From NCBI RefSeq assembly GCF_000315625.1, contig NW_005434607.1, positions 55,040 to 119,039 of the forward strand: a stretch of 64,000 nt of DNA, given 5' to 3'. Source of the DNA: Guillardia theta CCMP2712 (lineage: Eukaryota > Protista > Cryptophyta). The position numbers and the translations under genes were made by a program. Positions 44,198 to 56,100 of this stretch are shown here, piece after piece. Numbering within the stretch: the first letter of the stretch is position 1; the number at the start of each line of letters is the position of its first letter. The notes under the pieces were generated by a model. It saw only the letters and a list, made by a program, of their open reading frames with translations, was not told the origin of the DNA and searched no databases.

Positions 44198-47100
44198 TCA
44201 TTTGTGCCAAACTTGGTTCGATGTGTCATTTGGCACAGAAGCAAGCTACTGCTAATCAATTGTAGTTGCAAATTTTCATGAAGCAGTGTGCAGTTGGCAC
44301 GATGTATGTTGTAAAAGTTTTTACCCAAGACAGTAATCGTCGTCCCCAAGCCAGATTGAACTTGAGTTGGATGCAAGTAAAAGAATTGAGCTGGAGATGC
44401 TGTGACATGAAAGTTTTGCTTTATATTCATTGTTTGACTAGCTGTGACATTGACGTGTATTGCATATATTCCAGTTGGAAAATGAAATATTTTGCACTGC
44501 AGTGCATCTTGATGTGACATATGCCCTTGAATGAGCATATTATGACAATCAGTTATAAAACAACCTTTGAAAATACTCGTCCATAAGGTGTTGTGGAGCT
44601 TGATCGACACATAATCACTTGAAAAACGTATTGTAAAGTTCTGAGAGAAACTTCGAGAGTTGTTATCTATGGCTTTTTTGTCGTAAGATAGGGGTACGGA
44701 TGACTTATACAGGAATAATTCTAGGAACGACCAACGCTGTAATTCGACTAAACAAGCACAAAGCAAATGTGAGCAATTTGCCTGCGACAAAAACAAAGAA
44801 TCAAACATGCAAACCACGTCCGACTCAACTGAACGCTTTAGTTCAAAGACGAGAACATTGTGAAAATGAGAATCGAATGCCTGGACTGGTCCAAAAGTAA
44901 CTGGATCGACGTAACTTTGAATAGAGAATGATGTTTCATAACAAGCAGCTCTAACAAAAACCTCAAATACCCCATCGACCTGGATGGGAGAAACTCTGAA
45001 CTGGAAAGAAGAAATCGATATAGAATCAGCAGGAATCTGTATCCTCAAAGTTGGAAACGACAAGGTAGGGTCTTGCAAATTCTGAAATCCAGAGCCATAC
45101 ACAGTTACTGTGGCACTGGCCCCTGCTACAAGGATGCTTGGTTCAATCGATTCAAATCGCGGTCTGGCAGAAATACTAATGTCAACCTTATTCGACTCTA
45201 CGGATGTCTCGCCTATCCTTGCTACGCTTACAGGGACGATCCCTTCGGCCATGGAGCCGGGTGACATGCAAGTGATTAGACTGCTGCTCAGTACAGTGCT
45301 TGAGGATACTTGTTGCCCAAATCGACACTCCCAAGCACCTGCCGCGAAATTACCGCGAATCGTTACAATCGAAGATCCACAGGATTGCTCGGAAAGCGCA
45401 CTCGGATGCACGCTGAGGATAACAGGTCTGGTAGAGTACAAGAACACTACTGGAGAGCTTACATTAGTACCCATCCCGTTCTCCAGCGATACATTCACTT
45501 TCCCTTGCTGGTTCTTTGGTGCCTTGCAAACAACCTGTGTTCCCGAGACAACCCTCCCACGACTTCTAGACTCTCCAAATATGCACCACGTTTCAAGTTC
45601 CGCTATGAAGTTACTTCCCATGATCGACAAATCTATCCCCCCTTCTACAGGACCAAACGATGGTAGCACCGCTGTCACAGTTGCCATGGGAACATAGATC
45701 ACTCGATGACCTGTGTCCACGAAGTGTATCCCATCTGAGCTCAGAAAGGCAGAGACAGCTCCAGGTCCGTTCGGAGGACTGAGACACTGTACCAGTGTTG
45801 AGCTGAATACAGTTCCATAACGTACAGTATCGGTATTGCCCCCAAACCGGCACAAGGCAGTAGATGAATTCCAATCCGAGACAGATATGTTTATTTGAGT
45901 TCGAACATTGCCATGCGGGTAAATAGACGTGCATATGTGAGTACATGATGGCAAAAAGTGTCGACTGATTGAGTCGTAGTTGGGCTGGGCAGCCATGATT
46001 GGGAATGTATTCGAATCATCTGATTGATTAATCTTGTTCTGTATCTCAATTGCTTGATGACATGGTATATCTAGGACTGCGGTTTTTATGATGATGGAAT
46101 AATTTCCGGCAATCAGTTCAGGGACCATACATTCAACAGATGTAGAATTCGAGCTTAGTGCATCTGTCATGGTATTTTGATCTCGATTTCTAAAAACGCA
46201 TTTCAAGGGCTTCGAGTCGTATAATACTCCGATCAATGCAACTAGAAAACCCTTATACGCAAAACCTCTAGAAGGGAAAACTGTGTATATTCGTGGCGCA
46301 GCGTCAATGCTTATTGCGTGATTGCTGGTAAAGAAAATGTTGCCATCAACACTCCAAGTCAAAGCAAAGGAACCAACCATGAATTTGTTAGCAGGCAAAT
46401 AGCATTCTAAAATATTGGAAGTCTTCTGAATTATCTTTAAAACTTTTTCATCCAAGCTTAGCTTGTGGATTCTTAAAATATCTTCACCAATCAAAGTTAG
46501 AATGTACGATCTATCATTGTAAATTCTCGATGGACGTATGTCTCTCAACAGCAATTGTGAGTGAACAGCTAGATATGAAGTCGAAAGAAAGGACAAATTT
46601 GATTCCATGACAGTTACCCGGAATTTTCCGACAGGAAACAAGGTTGTATTGCATACAACACAGGATGAATTCAGCAGCTGTGCCGGGACCCGGATATTCC
46701 CAATCAGACAGACAACAGAATCATGAAGGTTTGAGCTTAGAAGTACAGTAAGGCTTGTAGATTCTCCTTCCAGAATGGTGTGCGGATACACGGAGATAAC
46801 TTTGCCAATCTGAAGTACAGAAATGATCCATGAATCCAACCCCGGGAAAATGTGAGAATCGTGAAGGAGATTGAAATGGACTTTTTGTGAGGCGTTAGGA
46901 GGACATCGACAACCAAACGAATCTGAACTCAGTTCTTGGGGTTTTGATGCGAATCCATCGAATCTGCAAGTAATGTTTCTCCACAGGCTGGAGAAGATTT
47001 GAAATGTATCCCTGGTAACAACCATTGAAAGTAATTCGTTTGCATGACAACTTGACGGAACCAGGATGGAATTTGGATCTAAATGATATTCAAAATAGAG

Positions 47101-50100
47101 CTGTTGATTCAAATCGATTGCAACAGTCTGCTGTGATACAATTTCTAGGGTGACGCGAAAAGACTTGATCAAATCTTGCAAAGGTGGAACGATGCACACT
47201 AATAAAGAACTGCTCATCAATGTGGACCTGACACGATTCCCAAATCTGCACTCCAAGTCGTGAAACAGGTACAAGCCAACTACAGAAACCGCGTATCTCC
47301 CAGTTGGACGGCCGAAAGATGGATTGATTTGTAAGACTTGGACAGAATAATTGGTCTCGGAAAATAAGAATTGACCCAGAATCAAGTTTGGGAAAGAGGT
47401 GTTCTTGTAGACAACAGAAAGCTTTTCGAGGCCGGGAAGATTTGGTGGAGTGATGCATTCTACGTTCGATTGCCCATGCTCAGCTTGTACTTGTTGATCT
47501 CCAAACATACATTCTTGGATCATAGCTACCGATCCCACAAAATTGATCCTGACTTTTGTGCCTCCAATCCATGGTCCTTTGGATGGTTCAAAGGTCCACG
47601 TGCTGGAGGATATAACGTTCATTGGAATTTTGCTGATAGTGGAATCGCCATTCGCAAAGAGTAATCCAATACTGTAATTTCCTTGTGCAAGCTCAGGTAT
47701 GCTACATAGTACATCGCTTTCGGTACAAATTTTGGCAACAATCTGATGCATCCCCATCCGACAAACAGGGAGAGGGTTACAATCAAAATTTTCTCCAAAT
47801 ATTGTCAGCAAATGCTTTCCACCCATAACATTCAGACGGGGTGATATATCTTGAATCGTAGAAGATTTGAGATATTCGAATTTGTGACCTGTGTCATGAT
47901 TTCCATGAGAGTGGAATGAAATGTGTATGTTATGAATTCCACGGTGATTTACCTTTGGTGTGACAGATTGAATGATGCCCTCCTGACATACAATTGGGCA
48001 TGAAACTCCAGCGATCAGAATGTTAGAAATAATATTGCAAGAATCGCGCCCTTCAAATTGAATGGATATCAGCGTTCCACCATCTACTGGCCCTCGTGAC
48101 GGAATCACAGAAGTTGCAAAATGGTCAAAGAAGAGAAATGGAAGGGTCGATATTAATCTTCCGTTTCCAATCAAAGACAGCAACACCTCCTGTGGTTTTG
48201 AAGAGATGATCGTTGCAGAGATGGCAGAATAATTCAAATACTGCGCGTGAAAATACGATGAATCAAACACGACAAAGTACGTATTTTCACTTATAAAATC
48301 CATACCCATGATTGTAATCTGCGTGGGATTCAGTATTCTTCCCACCATCGGAGAACTTCTGAATATCGATGTACTACTGGTAAGAGCGACTGAATATATC
48401 TCGTTCGAACGAAACAAGCTACTTTCGATACCGATTCGCAGCTTGAAAGGGTTTGTATACCTGCTGTCAACTCCTTGAAATAATTGTGGCAAAGCACAAA
48501 TAAGAAGTGATCTATTCAATGCTTTGGCGGTGAGCACAACAGAATTATCAACGATGCATGTCCAATTTTGTTGCTGATCGAGTTCTGTAGCTATAGCATA
48601 AATCATACTTCTGCTGTGTGAGGCTTGTCGAAGAAGAAAGCTGTCCAACAACAAGATTTCGACTTCGTCAAGTAAAGCATTCCCATCTAGAAGAACCTGC
48701 AGCTTTTGCTTGCCAGGAGGTCCAGGGGGAGAATCACAGCTGATTGATGACTTTGAAATTTTTCGGCCGATCACAGTGAAATGTGACCATAGACACCAGG
48801 CTTCATGGAATGACAAGGGATGAATGAAGCTCACGACCATCTGCACACCACCTTCTGATGGGCCTAGAGAAGGAGATATGCTGGCTACGACAGGTTTGTG
48901 AGACAAGCTATCCCGAACTGTCACATTGCTCGGGACCATGATATCACCCACCATGATCGCAACTTGACAACCCGTGAAAACACCTTGATCTGTCGCTATA
49001 CTACATGAGATAGAAGACGAGGAAAGCAAAGTTCCTTGAAACGGATTTTTAGAACATGAGGCAAAGACGCATTGAAGATTGTATCCCTGTCTAAACCCAG
49101 TTCCAGAAACGATGACTTTGTATGAAGTCAACGAATATTCTACCGATATTGCTGAAAAGAGAACAGGAAGTGATTCAATCAGAAGAGTTTTTTGATTGCT
49201 GTAGAATGCATTATCTTTCGATGCCAGCCAGAAACTGTGATTTCCAATTGCAAGGAGCGGAACTTTGCAAGTGACAATATTGGCACTCATCATTCTAGCC
49301 AATACAATTGTCTTAGGTCCAAAATGGCACAAAATTGACTCGCCGAAGGAATATCCGCTGCTTCGCACAGAAATATTCGTAATAGACCTATGAAATAAGG
49401 CCGCTGGTACAATTTCTTTCAAAATCAGCTCTTTCCGTATGAAGAGCTGAAAGTTAAAGGATTCTGAACCAAAACCAATTTCAACTTTTCCTGCAAGTTT
49501 ACCAGGAGGCATTGCTGGCAAAAATGCTTTCAATAGACTCGAGGTCATCAAAACACTTCGCACAGGCGGATGGTTCTCCAAAGACAAAGCGGTATTCATG
49601 TGATCAGCAAAATTTAGTCCGTAAACTGTTAACGCCAGACGTCTGCTAGCAATAGCAATGCTTGGCAGGACGTTCAAAACCTTGGGATATATTTTCGATT
49701 CAGATACATTTTGAGAAGAACATGTCAGTTTCCTGGAAAGCACGCCGCACTGTTGAACGATGTCTAGGTGGTCAGATGAAAAATCATAAACGCTTTGACA
49801 CTCAAATGAGGAAATATTAGTAAGATAGGTCGAAAGGATAAAGGATTGTCCAAATATGCAATAAATGGGACAATCCAAGTCTGTTGAGTATGAAAATGAT
49901 ATACGATGAGAGTTTCCAACACGATAATGCGCTAGAATCTGACACGATAAGATTTGATGAGAAAGTTCGAAAACTATCCCTGGATCAACCTGGCTTGATC
50001 CAAGATGGACATGATGAAAACCACAATCAAAATCCTTTCTGATCAAGACTTTTAACTGGCTTGAGGAAACATAGTGAAAAGCTATTCGTTTGCTGCCAAA

Positions 50101-53100
50101 ATAAAATCCACTTTCGTATTTTTCAACGAAGGATATCCCTGTTACAGTGACCAGCTGCTCTTTTCCGCATACGCTTCTCTTAGGAAACAATGAGATTATC
50201 TTTGGAGCAGAAAAATACAAAAATGAAAACGAGTTGTGCAATGATGCACCATCTACTTGACTAAAGGAAAGCCGTACCAACCATGGTCCTGGAACATCGA
50301 CTGAATAGCATTGCAATAGGCTTGACGAGAGCAAAGTGCCGACACTCCAACCCGCATCGCCAAAGTGACAAACCCAATCCGAAAACGAATTGAAGTGTAT
50401 ACCATTCACTCGTATAAGTGTCTTTCCAGATGACGGGCCTGATGAGGGAGAAATATGCAAAGCTTGTGCATCTTCATGGAAAGTGAATGTGAACAACCCA
50501 TAGATCCTGTCTTGCTCCAAGTCAGATATGATTTGTAGTGGCATTTGGCCTATGGAGCTCTTTGGAGTTATGCAGTAATGTACTCTTGAGACACTTTTCA
50601 AAATCGGCGATTGGCTTTCACCAAAAAAACAAGAAACGCTTTGCTTTGGATCAAAGTTTCCGTGAATATGAACATTCGTTCCCCCGTCCACTGGACCATG
50701 CAAAGGAAAAATCTGTTGCACATTACTAGCAATGAAATACTCTACCCATGCTTCATTAGAATGATCGGACTGAAAGAATTTGGTGTGGGATAATTGGAGA
50801 GAAATATTCCCAGGAATACTATAGGGTGGTACCATGAACCGGTAAGAAGTAGACGACAAATATACTCCACCAGACAATGCACTCTGTCCTATCCACCCAA
50901 ACAAAGTAGTAGATGGAAAGTTTTTTCCAACCATAGTCAATGAGGATCCCCCAGATGTCGAAAACATGCTCGGATAAACGTAACTTATGATTATTTTGTC
51001 ACGAACTTGAATGTTGAATTGTATTGCAACAGCACACACTCCAACGGATATTGTCATCACACTTGTCCCTTGATTTCTACAAACAGGAATCGAACATAAT
51101 CCTTGCGAGTGAGTAAAGCGATCGATATACATCTTTGATTGGAGCCCACAAAGATTGCAAACTAAATGATCCGAAAAGCTCGAACCGTACACAGTTACTG
51201 TGGCACTGGCCCCTGCTACAAGGATGCTTGGTTCAATCGATTCAAATCGCGGTCTGGCAGAAATACTAATGTCAACCTTATTCGACTCTACGGATGTCTC
51301 GCCTATCCTTGCTACGCTTACAGGGACGATCCCTTCGGCCATGGAGCCGGGTGACATGCAAGTGATTAGACTGCTGCTCAGTACAGTGCTTGAGGATACT
51401 TGTTGCCCAAATCGACACTCCCAAGCACCTGCCGCGAAATTACCGCGAATCGTTACAATCGAAGATCCACAGGATTGCTCGGAAAGCGCACTCGGATGCA
51501 CGCTGAGGATAACAGGTCTGGTAGAGTACAAGAACACTACTGGAGAGCTTACATTAGTACCCATCCCGTTCTCCAGCGATACATTCACTGTCCCTTGCTG
51601 GTTCTTTGGTGCCTTGCAAACAACCTGTGTTCCCGAGACAACCCTCCCACGACTTCTAGACTCTCCAAATATGCACCACGTTTCAAGTTCCGCTATGAAG
51701 TTACTTCCCATGATCGACAAATCTATCCCCCCTTCTACAGGACCAAACGATGGTAGCACCGCTGTCACAGTTGCCATGGGAACATAGATCACTCGATGAC
51801 CTGTGTCCACGAAGTGTATCCCATCTGAGCTCAGAAAGGCAGAGACAGCTCCAGGTCCGTTCGGAGGACTGAGACACTGTACCAGTGTTGAGCTGAATAC
51901 AGTTCCATAACGTACAGTATCGGTATTGCCCCCAAACCGGCACAGGGCAGTAGATGAATTCCAATCCGAGACAGATACGTTCAAAAGTTTCGTATCCTTT
52001 ACAGAAATGTGTAGAATTGTCTTTATCGGAGGAACATTGCCTGTCCGGTACTGATATTTGAGAAAATTTTTGGAAAGCGTCTTGTTTTCGAATATTATTT
52101 GGACCGCAACAGTTTTAATTGTGTCAACCGATGGCGTGACACATGAGACGTGACTTTGAGATATTGTATCTACATTTGTAATGAGGTCATCGAATAAGCA
52201 TTCCAGCGTTTGATGAAATGACAAGACACGAAGATCGTAATTGTTGGTTGTGATTCTCACTGTTTGGCCTCCAAATGTTGGCCCTTCTGACGGATAAATA
52301 CTGAATATTTTCAGGTCAGTTTCAAAATAGAAAAACTTTTCCTTGAGAAGGATTAGGTCGCTTTGATGACACAATCCTAATGTCACGTTTCCAGCTGAAT
52401 GCCTCGCAGTCTTGCAAATAACAAGAGAATTGGATACTACACGAGCTGCAACCAAGTTTTGGCCAAACATACAATTCATTTCAACATCCATTGGAAAATT
52501 TCTGCCAAGAATTGAAACCGAAGTATGCCCATCTTTTGGCCCTTGGGTTGGAAATATCCGATAGATTTCTAGAGTCAGTGCGAAACATTCAAATCCTATT
52601 TGTGCAGTGGATTGCATTCTCAAGTCTGTAACAGCAACATGAACAAAGCCCTCACCGTGGCATTTCGGTGTGGCCATACGAATCATCGATGACGAGATTG
52701 AGGAGCTAAAGACCTGAGCTCCATCGAAATGAATAAGGGTATGCAGGTCAAAGTTTGATCCAAACACAGTTGCAATTAATCCTCCAGACACTGGACCGCG
52801 AGATGGAATGATTTCGAGTAGTTGAAGTACGCTACCATCGTTGTAGGCAAACTCCGCAAATCCAGCAACAGTCAATGATCTTTCACTTGATTGCCAATAA
52901 CAAAACAATCGCACTGTTCCTGATTTCCCTTGTGGCAATTCTGTCGTCAAAATAGATCCTGCTTCAAAGCTAGCGGATACCAAGTTGTTTTGAAAGTAGC
53001 AAGTTCCAGATCCATTTCCTGCAACTGCTGTAGTAAGGATGGAAATCCGAGTACCACCTTGAGTTGGCCCAATCGATGGAGAGATTGAAATAATCTGGTG

Positions 53101-56100
53101 CATATGTAGCTCTCCAACCTCAGTGGATTGATGATTGCTCGATTCAAATTCTATTACTGCTTTCGAAAAATTCAATGACGAAATAGGACATTCTGCCACT
53201 GATGAATTGATTACCAAAGCCATTGTTTGCACACCGTTGAGCCTGCAAGAAGCTTTGTCATTGGTTGAAAAGTTGGTGCCCATAATTAAGATATCTAAAA
53301 GATCTGAACGACTAAATGAAACAGTCCAACTCTTGACTTCCCACAGATCGGAGAAAACGGTTATGTCGGACATTGTTGATCGCACTGGCAGATCATAAGT
53401 ATAAAGGATAAATTGAAATGATCCAGGTTGATATCTGCCTATGACACAATGCAAAATAGAGCTCGTAAGATATTTTGAGCTGAAACGATACCCCACATAC
53501 ATATCTTCAGAGATTCCGCATCCCGTACTACCATCCACAAATTGAGAGCCGATAACAGTGATTTTCGCCCCACCTGCTGCAACAGCACTGGGAAACAATT
53601 TGAAGATCGATGGTTGTTTGATAAATTGAAAATTCAACTTAGAGCCTAATAGGTTGTAACCATCCAATGATATCGTGAAACGGACAAATTCAAGAGTTGA
53701 TGCTGGAGTAACACAAGCAATCAACGAGTTTGAGAGACGTGAGCCCATGACAACTTGGCTTCCAAAAACGCAATATGATGAATTTGCGTTCAAGTCTCCT
53801 TCCATAACAGCTTTGACTATGTTTCCTCCATCTGCAAATCCATAGTTTGGTTCTATCCGGAGCAAGAAGATCGGACTGAGAACCTGAATAAAGATGTGCG
53901 AATCAATGTAATTCGAGCAATCATTGCTGACTTGCAAATTGAGAAATGATATGCCATATGGTGAAACATGACATTTCGCAAGACTGCTCGTGAAAAATAT
54001 AGCTTTCTGTACGTTCTTGCCACTCTTGCAACAAAACTTTGCGGATTGGATGAAGTTACTTCCAAAGATCGTCAGCATGAACCTTGTGTTGGCGTGAATT
54101 GTTGTTGGTAAAACCGAAAGAACTTCAAGCTTTCCGTATACAAACAAATTACTAGCTCCAAGGCTTGCCGTTGTCGCATTTGAATATAGTTCCAGACTGA
54201 CCTTCCCCTCAATTTCTGGAGAAACATGACATATTAGATGAGATTTATTGTAATCGACCAATCTGCAATCTCCCTTTGTGATGTAGCACGACAATTCAAA
54301 GTTCAGATTTCCGCTGTAAGACAAAGTTAGAATTGAAACCCGATTCAGCTCAACCGTGCTTGGCTGAATCGATGTGATCATTAAATCTGTAAGAAATTGA
54401 AATTTGTTCAGATTGGACGAAATGTGTTTAGAGATCAATTTGAAATTCACGGTCCCCACCATAGAGGGTGGGGTAAAACATTGAACGAGTTCCGAAGACT
54501 TGAAAGAAGCAAGGACTGTAGTATCATTAAATGAGCACACGAGTTCAGACAAGTTTTCTGAGATCGCAACTTTGTCCATAGAAATCGAAATGAGCTCTCC
54601 ACCTGAAGCTCTACTCACGCTTGGTTTGACATTGAGAATACGCAAGGGACTTACGATGCGAAGTTCAACAGGGCTAAACGCATAGTCAACAGAGTTTAAC
54701 GAGACTGCAACTCGAACTGAAGACACATTAACAGCAGGAAGCCTGCTATGCAAAAGAGAGGAAGATCTGAATTCGCACTTCTCAGATACTACAGCTCCAA
54801 ATTTGCAAATCAAATCGATATCTGACAAAAATGATGAGCCATAAATAAGAATGACAGACGTGCTGTCAGCTGTAACAACCATCGGGTTGATTCCAATGAC
54901 AATTGGCGCATGGTAGAACAAGAATGAATTATCACCAACCAACTCTTCTTCACCGTAGGAGACTGAGAAAAACACGATTCCTATTATACCTGACCTTGGG
55001 GAGTTGCAAACAAGCTCTGTACTGCTCATGATTGTAGCTGTTGTCTGTCCAACTTCGGAAAATAGACAGCGCATCTGAGAGGATGGAGGGAATTCAATTC
55101 CGTGCACCTTCAATTGACTTCCACCTTGAACTGAGCCACAAGATGGTCTTACCCGATGCACAACGGATTGCGTCTTATAAAGGAACAAGTGGCTCGATTT
55201 GAAATCCAAACGATTTTTGAATCGTATACCAAAGGATTTCAAACCTGCTTCATTGGAGGGCAAAATGCAACATGATGTGGATGAGTTCACTCTGACGAGA
55301 GTGCTTGTGACATATCCAAAGACGCAAACTACCTCATTTGCAATCAAATCGTCATGTAACCAATGGATCGAAACATTGATTCCCCCAGCAAGTGGCCCAA
55401 TGGTAGGATACAAGCTCAACACACTTGGAGTATCAAGGAATCGAAAAGAAAAATTTGAAGAGACTCGTGAGCCCTCCAAAAAGACTGAGAATGGAACTTC
55501 GGAAGGAGGGTGCGCCGGAATATCGCAGGTGGCAAGAGAACTAGTCAGGATGACGGCCACAACGTGCTTGAATCCAAACGAACACTTCATGCCGGAATTG
55601 AAGGATTGTCCTTGCAAGGACACAAGCTCTCCTGAAAGACTGAATCCCTCAGATGGACTCATGGCCTTCAGGTACGGTAGTTCCTGATAACGAAGCAGGG
55701 CATAATTCTCACTGAAAGTCAATCCATTATTAGCAAATCTTAACTGCAGATTCAAAATATCCAATGCAGGAAGGTGGCAAAGTACCATAGAACTTGATAT
55801 CACGGTGGTCTCAAATTTCAAAGTGCTTGATAAGCCACAAGAGGCATTTGAGTTGTTGACTGCGAAGAAACCACCTTGCATTGAGACTGTCAGATCACTT
55901 TGTGGCTTTGCTATGGATGGAAAGATGTTAAAAATTTGCTCAGGTTGATAGGACTCATACAGAAAGTCACCTTTAGCACTGATTGTCGACACTGCAACCA
56001 TGATAGGATTATGCTGCTGACTCAATACTGCCAGCTTGCAAGAAATTGTATTGTTCGCAATTGTCAATTTTATGCACTCTGATGATCCCACCTTGCAAAC

